Positions 1 through 16,984 of a DNA stretch of 64,000 nucleotides are shown here, piece after piece. The DNA lies in the NCBI GenBank assembly GCA_964016885.1, contig CAXHJY010000254.1, positions 62,001 through 126,000 of the forward strand. The letters are read 5' to 3'. The notes below the pieces were generated by a model that worked only from the letters and a program-made list of their open reading frames with translations, ran no database searches and was not told the DNA's origin. This DNA is from Eledone cirrhosa (Eukaryota). Each line of letters opens with the position of its first letter. Within the stretch, counting starts at the first letter, position 1. The translations under genes were made by a program, and so were the position numbers.

Positions 1-90
1 CTAAGTGTTAATTGAACAAGTACTTTCATGCTTTCGCAATCTTCAGGTTCATGATATGTGGTGACAGTCGAGTTTGCAATTTTCAACTGT
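1..90 (-). mobile_element. Fragment of Penelope-like pseudo-LTR (same family as 46504-50875), cut by the window edge
   Basis: Reverse complement of ~50627-50716; abuts a (TA)n tract. Confidence 0.9.
13..51 (-). ncRNA. Minimal type I hammerhead ribozyme (family A)
   Basis: UGAAC-CUGAAGA-UUGCGAAAGCAU-GAAA-GUAC-UU-GUUCA; stem I UGAAC/GUUCA; palindromic stem III AGUACU. Confidence 0.8.
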
Positions 91-724
<634 letters not shown>

Positions 725-939
725 TTCGTTTCTGAATTTGTTTAGCAAGATTCTTTATCTGAAATCGTGTGTTGAAACCGATATTGTTACACTTTGGGAG
801 GGTCATGCTGCCAATAAGAAACACACGCACCAGTTGCTTTTACTTCAATTTAATTTATTAAATATTTATAAATTTACAAATTTATAAATTTCTGGTTGGT
901 TGGTTGGTTCCACAACCAGATAGTTGTTTATATATATAT

Positions 940-984
940 AGTCATAGTTCTTTCGTCACACACTCTGTGACCTCTTCAGTGACT
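940..984 (-). ncRNA. Type I hammerhead ribozyme (family B), inverted copy
   Basis: Reverse complement of 1175-1219. Confidence 0.75.
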
Positions 985-1174
985 GGGGATTTCTTTCTTC
1001 GTTTCTGTGCCTTTCATTTCTTCTATCCTACGCCATTTTGTTTGTATATATGTATATATATATGTATATATATGTATATGTATATATATGTATATATATG
1101 TATATATACACACACAAACAAAACGGTGTAGGATAGAAGAAAGGAAAGGCACAGAAACGAAGAAAGAAATCCCC

Positions 1175-1219
1175 AGTCACTGAAGAGGTCACAGAGTGTG
1201 TGACGAAAGAACTATGACT
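1175..1219 (+). ncRNA. Type I hammerhead ribozyme (family B, 1-nt insertion after CUGANGA)
   Basis: AGUCA-CUGAAGA-G-GUCACA GAGUG UGUGAC-GAAA-GAAC-UA-UGACU. Confidence 0.75.
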
Positions 1220-1374
1220 ATATATATATAAACAACTATCTGGTTGTGGAACCAACCAACCAACCAGAAATTTATAAATTTGTAAATTTATAAATATTTA
1301 ATAAATTAAATTGAAGTGAAAGCAACTGGTGCGTGTGTTTCTTATTGGCAGCATGACCCTCCCAAAGTGTAACA

Positions 1375-1538
<164 letters not shown>

Positions 1539-1720
1539 GTATATATGTATATATATATGTGTATATATATATGTGTATATATATATGTATGTATATATAT
1601 ATGTATGTATATATATATGTATGTATATATATATGTATGTATATATATGTATATATATATATGTATGTATATATATATGTATATATATGTATGTATATAT
1701 ATATGTATATATATATATGT

Positions 1721-1761
<41 letters not shown>

Positions 1762-1791
1762 TGTGTATATATATATGTATATATATATAAA

Positions 1792-2241
1792 AACAAATAA
1801 CGAAACGAAATTAAATTTCGTTTCGCTTCTAACTCACATTTGTATGACTGACGCTTAAACAATTAAGTTAAAGTGTACATCTACATATGTATACGGAAGT
1901 ATTAGTATGCATATAAATACACACATGTATACATATGTACATGTACTCAGCTTTTCACTAGACACTTTACAGTGAGTGTCAGCTAGTCTGTATGTAACCA
2001 CACAGACGGACCGGGTTTTAGAGTCATACGGGTTATCAAGGAAACACATTTCCTCTATTCTCCAGAGGGCCAGACAGGAATATTGGACTAGTTTCGATGT
2101 TATTACATCTCATCAGCAATATTTACCCATCTTCCGGCTTCTCTGGAGAATTGTAAAAGCACATATCGTTATATGCTTTTTCTATGAAAATTAGTAGTGG
2201 GTAGACTAATTTGCATAGAACGTGAACAAATAACGAAACGA
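1792..2241 (-). mobile_element. Non-coding HHR-containing monomer (~433 bp) with 17-bp terminal redundancy; retrozyme-like
   Basis: AACAAATAACGAAACGA at 1792 and 2225; internal HHR; no credible ORF. Confidence 0.6.
2079..2123 (-). ncRNA. Canonical minimal type I hammerhead ribozyme (family C)
   Basis: AAUAUUG-CUGAUGA-GAUGU AAUA ACAUC-GAAA-CUAG-UC-CAAUAUU; GUC cleavage triplet; closed by distal TTCTCCAGAG/CTCTGGAGAA stem. Confidence 0.92.
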
Positions 2242-2340
2242 GGCAAGAGTGGTTGTCTTGCTCGCATGGGACTGTCTGGCGGGTTTTCTACAGTTGGATG
2301 CCCTTCCTAACGCCATATATATATATGTATATATATCTAT

Positions 2341-2673
2341 ATCATTTCATTTTACGTCCACTTTTCCCTGCTTGCAAGGGTGGGACGGGAACTGATTCTG
2401 GCTTGATTTCTACAGCTGGATGCCCTTCCTATCACCAACCTCATTTACAGTGAGTACTGGGTGCTTTTTTGCCATGGCACCTCCACGACCACTTTGCAGT
2501 GGAATGATAGGGACCCCAGTCCCTATCATCTCATTTCTACAGCTGAGTAAACTGGAGCAATGTGAAATAAAGTGTCTTGCTCAAGGAAACAACACATAAC
2601 CCGGTCTGAGAATTGAACTCACAACCTTTCGATTGCAAGGCCAATACTCTAACCACTAAGCCATGTGCCTCCA
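2341..2673 (-). mobile_element. tRNA-derived SINE with CORE-like body and RTE-type tail
   Basis: A box TGGCTTAGTGG, B box GAGTTCAATTC, CCTTGAGCAAGACACTT core, tail AGGAAGGGCATCCAGC...GGACGTAAAATGA shared with RTE 3' ends. Confidence 0.85.
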
Positions 2674-2689
2674 TTGATGATGATGATGA

Positions 2690-2855
<166 letters not shown>

Positions 2856-2880
2856 ATATATATATATATATATACATATA

Positions 2881-3215
2881 TCATCATTTCATTTTACGTC
2901 TGCTTTTTCCCTCCTTGCAAGGGTGGGACGGGAACTGATGCTGGCTTGATTTCTCCCGCTGAATGCCCTTCCTAACACCAACCTCATTTACAGTGAGTGC
3001 TGTGTGCTTTTTTGCCGTGGCACCTCCACGACCACTTTGCAGTGGAATGATATGGACCCCAGTTCCTATCATCTCATTTCTACAGCTGAGTAAACTGGAG
3101 CAATGTGAATTAAAGTGTCTTGTTCAAGGAAACAACACATCACCCGGTCTGAGAATTGAACTCACAACCTTTCGATTGCAAGGCCAATGCTCAAACCACT
3201 AAGCCACGTGCCTCC

Positions 3216-3216
<1 letters not shown>
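2881..3216 (-). mobile_element. tRNA-derived SINE, second copy
   Basis: Highly similar to 2341-2673. Confidence 0.85.
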
Positions 3217-5192
<1,976 letters not shown>

Positions 5193-5924
5193 CGCAGACT
5201 AGAGAGGAACGAAGCTTGCATGCTCCGCTGGATGTGTAATAGTAATATACGTGAACGGTAAAGCATAAACGAACTGAGGGAAAAATTAGAAATAAGAGGA
5301 TCAGATGTTGTTTACTCGAGAGAAGGCTACGTTGGTATGGTCACGTGATGCGCATGAAAGACGACAGCTGTATAAAAAAGTGCAGGGCAATAAAGATAGA
5401 CGGTAGACACGGAGTAGGCAGACCCAGAAAAACCTGGACGACCTGATAAATTCCCACCTCACACACTACACCTCTCCAAGACAATGTCACTGGACCGAGA
5501 CCTTTGGCGGCACTCAGTAATAGAGAAGACCCGCCTTACCTAAATACAAAGTAAAACCTACTACAGTCAGTAGGCATCTCTAACAAAATACACCCCCGCC
5601 CTACCATCCCCACCCCATCCACACCGCCCCTTTCAATGTAAAGTTATGTTGGTGCCACAACATCCAGGCCGAAACAAATGAGATCGTGTAGGTGTCACGA
5701 CAAAAAAACACAGTCCACGCTGTAATGTGGCCGTGTAGGCAACACGGTAAAAACCTCCCAGCCCCACACTGTAAATGTGGTTGGTGTTAGGAAGGGCATC
5801 CAGCTGTAGAAAACCCGCCAGACAGTCCTATGCGAGCAAGACAACCACTCTTGCTTCAAGTGGGAAAACTCCCATCCAAACCCATGCAAGCGTGGAACAT
5901 GGACATTAAACGATGATGATGATG

Positions 5925-5926
<2 letters not shown>
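5193..5926 (+). mobile_element. 5'-truncated RTE-clade LINE 3' end
   Basis: Degenerate [15 protein letters not shown]...[10 protein letters not shown]...GRPRKTW; 3' UTR ends GGACATTAAAC(GAT)n. Confidence 0.85.
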
Positions 5927-5980
<54 letters not shown>

Positions 5981-6026
5981 CGTAAAATAAGAAAATTATA
6001 AAATTAACTTACTTACTAAAATATCA

Positions 6027-6104
6027 CTTCCAACTAATTAGTTTCTGGAATGGAATAAATATATTTTCCGAAGAAAACAGAGAATCATTCCGTCGTCAGG
6101 GAAG
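6027..6104 (-). ncRNA. Type I hammerhead ribozyme with extended stem II (family D1)
   Basis: CUUCC-CUGACGA-C GGAAUG..UGUUUUC UUCG GAAAAUA..CAUUCC A-GAAA-CUAAUUAG-UU-GGAAG. Confidence 0.85.
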
Positions 6105-6544
6105 ACTATTCTCATCTAAGTTTCCAGGCAAAGTGTGGACTCTGGAAACTTATTAAAAAATAATTCAGTGGATAGAAAATAGCAAAGCGTGGACTGAATT
6201 CCTAGCCATTGAGAAAATCACTGCCTCTGCGTCGGTGGCAAATTCAAAAAGAATCAATCACGTGACATCGAGGTCAATCAGTGAAAGTGGTTTGCTAATA
6301 AGACAGCGGCCTGCCTGCTACCATAGCAGCAGTCATGGCCAATATTGCTCGACAAATAATTTGGAGATAATTATAAAGAATTAATATCTAGTAACATATA
6401 TATACATACAGATGCATATCAATGCTAGCAAATATATAGGTTTTGTCTTAGTAACTTTGTGGTTCAATGCATGGGTTGCAGAACAATAATATGAGAGACG
6501 TAAAATAAAAAAATTATAAAATTAACTTACTTACTAAAATATCA

Positions 6545-6623
6545 CTTCCAACTAATTAGTTTCTGGAATGGAATAAATATATTTTCCGAAGAAAACACAG
6601 AGAATCATTCCGTCGTCAGGAAG
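6545..6623 (-). ncRNA. Family D1 hammerhead, second copy
   Basis: Same motif 518 bp away; 1-nt deletion in the 5' strand of stem I. Confidence 0.75.
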
Positions 6624-6781
6624 ACTTTTCTCATCTAAGTATCCAGGCAAAGCGTGGACTCTGGAAACTTATTAAAAAATAATTCAGTGGATAGAAAATA
6701 GCAAAGCGTGGACTGAATTCCTAGCCATTGAGAAAATCACTGCCTCTGCGTCGGTGGCAAATTCAATATATATATATATAT

Positions 6782-6823
<42 letters not shown>

Positions 6824-6827
<4 letters not shown>

Positions 6828-7146
6828 TCATTTCATCATCATCATTTCATTTTACGTCCGCTTTTCCCTGCTTGCAAGGGTGGGACGGGAACTGATTCTG
6901 GCTTGATTTCTACAGCTGGATGCCCTTCCTAACACCAACCTCATTTACAGTGAGTGCTGAGTGCTTTTTTGCCGTGGCACCTCCACGACCACTTTGCAGT
7001 GGTTTCATTTCTACAGCTGAGTAAACTGGAGCAATGTGAAATAAAGTCTCTTGCTCAAGAAACAACACATCACCCGGTCTGAGAATTGAACTCACAACCT
7101 TTCGATTGCAAGGCCAATGCTCTAACCACTAAGCCATGTGCCTCCA
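6824..7146 (-). mobile_element. tRNA-derived SINE, third copy (small internal deletion)
   Basis: Similar to 2341-2673. Confidence 0.85.
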
Positions 7147-7167
7147 TATATATATACATATATACAT

Positions 7168-8421
7168 TAACTGCTACAAGGGTAAAGGAGATGCCCTAGA
7201 TAGGAGTAACTATAGAGGCATTAAATTAATCGACCAGGTCATGAAGGTCACAGAAAAAGTAATAGCGAACTAATCAGAGAGAGAATTGATCTAGATGAAA
7301 TGCAGTTCGGGTGTGTGTCTGGCAAAAGTACCACAGACGCTCTTTTCATTGTACGACAGCTACAGGAGAAGTACCTAGCTAAAAGTAAACCCCTATACTT
7401 AGCTTTCGTCAACTTGGAGAAAGCCTTCGACTGAGTGCCCCGTTCCATTATCTGGTGGGCTCTTAGAAACTAGGTGTTGATGAATGGCTTGTGAGAGCTA
7501 TACAAGCCATGTATAAAGAAAACAGTCAGCAAGGTTAGAATTAAAGAAGAGTTTAGCGTAAAAGTTGTTCATCAGGGCTCCGTCTTAGCCCCTACTATTT
7601 ATTATTGCCCTTCAGGCTATAACAGTGGAGTTCAAGACCGGCTGCCCATGGGAACTCCTATACGCAGATGATCTAACGCTCATAGCTGAATGAATGGCCG
7701 AACTAGAGAAGAAATTCCCAACATGGAAGCATGGGCTAGAATCAAAAGGCCTTAAAATTAACCTGTCTAAGATTAAAGTTCTAGTTTGTAGGAAGGGAAA
7801 TAGTGCGCCGGTTCCATCCGGGAAATGGCCATGCTCAGTGTGTAGGAATGGAGTAGGTAGAAACTCCATTTTATGTCCAAATACAAAGTAAGGGTTGCAT
7901 AAAAGATGTAGTGGTATCACAGGTAAGCTAACTAAGAACATAGATTTTATATGTGGCTGGTGCTCTGGTGCAATAAGTAGCAGCAAGTGCCCACATGATA
8001 CTAGCTCATTCATTGCACAAATGGTTCTATAGAAATAGTGGACAGCTTCCGTTACCTGGGTGACAAAATCAGCAGTGGGAGATGGTGCTCTGAAAGTAGA
8101 GTAGCTAGAGTCAGAACTGGATGGAAAAAGTTCAGAGAGCTTATACCACTATTAGCCGCTAAAGGGTTCTCCCTAAAATGAAAGTTATGTCGGTACCACA
8201 ACATCCAGCCCGAAACAAATGAGGTCGTGTAGGTGACACAACAAAAAAAGACACAGTCCACGCTGTAATGTGGCCGTGTAGGTAACACGGTAAAAACATC
8301 CCAGTTCCACACTGTAAATGTGGTTGGTGTTAGGAAGGGCATCCAGCTGTAGAAAACCTGCCAAGACAACCACTCTTGCCTCAAGTGGGAAAACTCCCGT
8401 CCAAACCCATGCAAGCGTGGA
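7168..8421 (+). pseudogene. Degenerate RTE LINE reverse transcriptase fragment fused by deletion to the 3' UTR
   Basis: YKGKGDALDRSNYRGIKL, FVNLEKAFD, HQGSVL, LLYADDL, FRYLGD motifs with stops/frameshifts; 8180-8421 matches the tail at 5640-5895. Confidence 0.88.
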
Positions 8422-11174
<2,753 letters not shown>

Positions 11175-12113
11175 CTCGGTCGTTAATTACCTCGACGTTA
11201 CCCTCATTTATTGAATGGGTTGTATTACCCGTATAGAAAGCCGAATGATACGTTTAATTACATAAGTAAGCATTCAAACCATCCTGCCAGCATAACCAAG
11301 AACCTGGTAAGAAACGTTTCGTTGAGGCTTTCCCGTCTTTCCACCAACGAGCGTATTTTCAACGACCATTCCACTTATTACAATGAAGCTCTTGCTCGAA
11401 GTGGATTTGTTGATAAGGTAGCATATACAGAGTACGAAAATAGACCTAGAAGAAATAGATCCCGTCGCATTTGTTGTATAACCCCTATTATAATATGGAG
11501 GTGGCCACATCACCCATTAGCTAAGAACTTTCTTTCCCTTATTACGAAGCATTTTCCCCCTACACATAAACATAGTAAGATTTTAATAGAAATACCATTT
11601 AAAATTTCTTACTCTACGACTCTAACCTTGCACATAACATCACAGCTTCAACTTTAGCTAAACTACCTAGCGGTAGGAACACGTGCAACCCTGTAGTTAG
11701 TACTAACTGTAATTGTAGGAATCGGCTGATTGCCCCTATCCGGGAAATGTCTCTCTAGTAACATTGTCTGCAAATGTAAGGTTGTAACACCCACGTCCCG
11801 TAGGGCCTACATAGGGTTAACCGCCAATAGTTTCAAGCAGCGTCTTTACATGCATACCCATATGTCTTTTCGTTACCCTCTAAGAAGGAATATGACGTCA
11901 CTTTCAGCTTATATCTGGAGTCTAAAAGACAACCACACCCAATATAAGTTACACTGGGAGATCCTAGCTAGGGCTAGATCGTATAACGGAAATAAAAAAC
12001 CATGTGACCTCTGCGCCGCTGAGGCCCTGGAAATACTCTACGCCACAGACCACATCTTAAAACAAAAAATCTGAGGCAATTTCGGCTTGTAAACATAAAT
12101 TGCACAAAACTTC
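11175..12113 (+). pseudogene. Degenerate PLE fragment: RT thumb plus GIY-YIG endonuclease
   Basis: [46 protein letters not shown]; homologous to the ORF ending at 25427. Confidence 0.85.
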
Positions 12114-12114
12114 C

Positions 12115-12184
<70 letters not shown>

Positions 12185-12197
12185 TACACATATATAT

Positions 12198-12566
12198 ATC
12201 ATCATCATCATCATCGTTTAACGTCCATGTTCTACGCTTGCATGGGTTTGGACGGGAGTTTTCCCACAAGAGTGGTTGTCTTGCTCGCATAGGACTGTCT
12301 GGCGGGTTTTCTACGCTGGATGCCCTTCCTAACACCAACCACATTTACAGTGTGGGACTGGGAGGTTTTTACCGTGTTGCGTACACGGCCACATTACAGC
12401 GTGGACTGTGTGTTTTTTTTTGTCGTGACACCTACACGATCTCATTTGTTTTGGCCTCGATGTTGTGGCACAAAACATAACTTTACATTGAAAGGGCGGT
12501 GTGGATGGGGTGGGGTGGTATGACGGGGCGTATTTTGTTAGAGATGCCTACTGACTGTAGTAGGTT
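12198..12566 (-). mobile_element. RTE LINE 3' UTR fragment
   Basis: Reverse complement of ~5558-5926, with (GAT)n tail. Confidence 0.85.
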
Positions 12567-12585
12567 TATATATATATATATAAAA

Positions 12586-12637
<52 letters not shown>

Positions 12638-12680
12638 TATATATACACATATATATATATACACATATATATATATATAC

Positions 12681-12717
<37 letters not shown>

Positions 12718-12734
12718 CATATATATATACATAC

Positions 12735-12765
<31 letters not shown>

Positions 12766-12766
12766 C

Positions 12767-12843
<77 letters not shown>

Positions 12844-12868
12844 CATATATATATACATATATATATAC

Positions 12869-12901
<33 letters not shown>

Positions 12902-12928
12902 CATATATATATACATATATATATATAT

Positions 12929-13230
12929 GGTGGCTGCCAACTCGTTTTCGAGTACGGCCACTACTTTATATCCATGTAGGAGAACCCCTACCGATGCGCT
13001 GAACGAGTGTGACTTTTTAGTCCAGCCAGTGACTTGAAAACTCTGGTACAAACACTACACTTGTGACAATTATTGACACATAGTGCTGGGCCCATGGTAC
13101 CATGTGATGACAAGTGCAGAGAGATCTCCAGATATAAAGCAATGCCTGTGCCTTGAAGCTTTTATAGTGAGCAAAGGCACTGCACAAAGCCAGTCCCACT
13201 CTCTTAACCAAGATGATATTTACCAAAATA
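12929..13230 (-). mobile_element. 3' end of a second RTE family with a C2H2 zinc finger
   Basis: Minus strand encodes [22 protein letters not shown]; terminus GGCCGTACTCGAAAACGAGTTGGCAGCC resembles 19151-19190. Confidence 0.75.
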
Positions 13231-13263
13231 TGTATATATATATATGTATATATATATATATAC

Positions 13264-13294
<31 letters not shown>

Positions 13295-13352
13295 CATATA
13301 TATATACATATATATATATACATATATATATATACATATATATATATACATG

Positions 13353-13397
<45 letters not shown>

Positions 13398-13472
13398 ATA
13401 TATATACATATATATATACATATATATATATATACTTGTATATATATATATACATATATATATATATACTTG

Positions 13473-13520
<48 letters not shown>

Positions 13521-13673
13521 CATGTGTATATATATACATATATATATATACATATATATATACATATATATATATATACATATATATATATACATATATA
13601 TATATACATATATATATATACATATATATATATACATATATATATATACATATATATATACATATATATATAT

Positions 13674-13704
<31 letters not shown>

Positions 13705-13713
13705 TGAATATAC

Positions 13714-13775
<62 letters not shown>

Positions 13776-13862
13776 CTTTGAATAATAACTTTGAAATGTT
13801 TTGGCCAGTATTGGCCCAGGCCATGTCTAACTTAATAGCACCACCTGGTGAAGTCTTTCAAT

Positions 13863-16800
13863 TCAGGATTTGGGCACCATGGCCCATTCGAGAAGAGAAT
13901 TACTGTTTGCGGAGACATATCCGGGTGTGGGTGGTTTGTCCGGGATTACTTGGAGGAATTTGTCCAAAGACTTCTTGAATTTTGTGTGGTCAGTTTCTGT
14001 TTTGACGTGTCCTGGTGTGATGTTGAAGAGAGCAGGGCCGATTGAGGTGAAATAATTGTGCCGTATTGTTGTTATGAGTTGCGATTTAGATTTTTGTATG
14101 GGACGGATAGCACGGGGCCCAAGCCTTGGGTGTATCTTGAAGGCGATGCCAACATCATTTGGGCAGTGATGATGGAACATTTTCCACATCATGCAGATAA
14201 TATAACGCTCACGGCGACGTTGGAGTGAGTATAGTTTCAGGTTTTCTAGTCGACCCCAGTAGTCAAGGTCTGACATGCCATCTATCTTTTTCGTGATTGC
14301 CCTTTGAGGAGCTTCAAGTTTCATGATACTTTGTTTCGTGTGGGGAGACCACAGTGGACAACAGTATTCAAGGTGTGGTCGGGCAAAAGTAGAGAAGAGA
14401 AGGATAATGGTGTGGGAATCTCTCGACTGGAAGGTTCTGAGGATCCAGGAACACATTCTGCGGGCCATGTCAACTTTGCTGCTTATATGCGTGGCCCAGC
14501 TTATGTTGCTGTCCACGGTTACTCCCAAGTCTCTGATGTTGTTAGATGCCACGAGAGTTTCCCCGGAGGGAAGGGAGTACGGGAGTTTCAGAGCATCCTC
14601 TTTTCCAAAGTGGATCAGTTCGAATTTGTCTTCGTTCGGTAACATGTTGTTCTTTTCCGTCCATTGGGTAACAGCCAGTAGGTCTGACTGAAGGCTTATC
14701 CGGTCATCCACGCCATTGATGACCTTTTGGAGCTTGGAATCATCAGCAAAAATTTTAATGTTGCTGTGTTTGATGATGTCAGTGATGTCAGTAATATAGA
14801 TGATGAAGAGAAGTGGGCCCAACACAGTGCCTTGTGGGACCCCACTACTGACTTTGGCTGGGCTGGATTTGACTCCTTCAACTACAGCATGTTGGGTTCT
14901 GTTTGACAGGAAGCTCTTGATCCACTGCAGCAGCTTTCCAGTGACACCAATATTGGACAGCTTTCTCAGTAGAATGTTATGATCAACCCTGTCAAAGGCC
15001 TTGCTGAAATCAAGGTAGATAACATCAGTGTTGGAACCCTCTCCCAAGGCTCTCAAAATGTCATCAAAGTGATGCAGTAGCTGCGTCAGGCAATCCCTTC
15101 CATTACGGAATCCATGCTGGTTGAAGTTCAGCATATTGTTACTCTCAAGGAAGTGGGTCATTCGCGATCTCACCACTCTCTCAAATACCTTAATGATATG
15201 AGAGGTGAGTGAGATTGGACGGTAATTCACGGCAAGGGATTTGTTTCCCTTTTTGAAAACTGGGACAACAGACTGGGATAGAAGGTTTTCTGGCACATAT
15301 CCAGCATCCAGTGAGTTCCGCCACAGATTGGCAAGAGGAGATGCAAGTTGGTGTTGACACGCCTTCAAGACACAAGCAGGGAACCTATTGGGACCTACTG
15401 CTGAATTATGCTTGATTTCCTTTATTGCCGCTAAGACATCAGGGGCGCCAAACGTTATGTCCGATAAGGTGTAATGGGGAGTAACATCGCCGATACAGCC
15501 CAGATCGGCCATATCAGGATTGCTGAAAACAGAGCAGTATTGTTTCTGCAGTATCTCACCCATGGTTTTAGCATTGTCTTGAAGAGTGCCATTTTCATCA
15601 ATTAGAGGGCCAACAGTAGAGCCAGTGATTTTGTGTTTTTTTGCAAATGAAAAGAACACTTTGGGATTGAGTTTGATCTTCTCAATGGCCCAGGCCTCTT
15701 CAGCTCTTCTCTGATTGTTGATGAGGGACATTATGTTGTTTTGGAGGTTATGTTTTTTAATCTCTAGTGATGAAATGGCAGTCAAGTTGATGTGTTGCTG
15801 CTGACAGTATTTCAACTTGTTGATTTTTTTGTTCGTTCTCTTAATTTTTCTGATGAGCGTTTTTCTATTTCTAGGGATTCTGCTCTTAGATTTGTTTATA
15901 GTTCTTAATGGGGTGTGTTTAGCACATATGTTTGTAACAGTGTCCACAAATGTCTGCCAGGACTTTTTGATGTTAGTGGGTGTATGAGTGTGCGTGAAGG
16001 ACCAGTCGACATGTGCAAGATCATGACTGATCGCTTCCCAGTTTGCATTGTGGAAATCCATAGCGTCAAACGGATGGACAGGAGAGATGACATTGGGTTT
16101 GTATATTGGGCGGTGGAATCTCAGATCACAGAGAACCATGTCATGATCAGAGAGTAGAGTTTTCTCCACTGCAATATTGTGGATATTGTCAGTGTGATTG
16201 CTGAAAATTAAGTCTAGGACGTTTTTGTGGCACCTCGTTGGTTCGAGCACCAGTTGGGATAGGAAGAAATCATCCATGAAGTCAAGAAGCGATTCCACTG
16301 CTTCCCTGTCAGAGGTTGAGGCAGAAGAACCTGGTGGCAGGCTGTTTGTGGACCAGTCAACTCCGGGGAGGTTGAAGTCCCCCATCATTAAGATGTTGTC
16401 AGGGTGACACTCTTGGATGAAACACTTTATGCTGTTGAGACATTCCTTGAAGCATGGTACAGGCGTTTGGGGTGGCCTATAGAGCCCAACTACTATTAGG
16501 TTGTTGGTTTGACTGAATACAGTGACTGCTTCACAGTATCCATTAGTGAATATGTTCATAGCCTCTGTTGAGAAAGAATTATGGACATAAATGGCAGTCC
16601 CGCCCTTTCTTCTGCCAGCGCGATCAGCACGGATGGCTTTGAAATTTTTCACTTTCACCTCGGCTTCCAAGTGGAGGTTACTGAGATGGGTTACTGAGTG
16701 AGGACGAAGAAAGGGATGTGGTTTGGATGGACATCAATCCAGTCCTCCAGGAATTTGATCTTCCATTTTTGAGTATTGGTGGAAGGGCTGATGCCTTGGG

Positions 16801-16984
16801 CGTTAAGCAAAAATGTAGAGGCGAGAGTGGATGGTTTTAATTGTTTTGGTGTGTTGTTAATTTGTTTGTTTTTTAATGGCAGCAATGGGAGTTTGTGGAG
16901 TGGGGTGATAGTGGAGGGTGGTGCTGGGTGATAGCTCGAATGTTTTTTTCCAGTTCTTTTGCCAGATTCATTATGGCTAAAAAA
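13863..16984 (-). CDS. LINE ORF2: APE endonuclease plus reverse transcriptase (one small frameshift near 16690)
   Basis: LLNAQG, LT(E)THL, YRPP, GDFNLP, LDLIF, SDH; [43 protein letters not shown]. Confidence 0.92.

Larger units (their letters stand above)
5971..6766 (-). mobile_element. Retrozyme-like partial tandem (518-bp monomer, ~1.5 copies)
   Basis: Direct repeat with 518-bp period; one HHR per monomer; no ORF; flanked by (TA)n. Confidence 0.75.
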
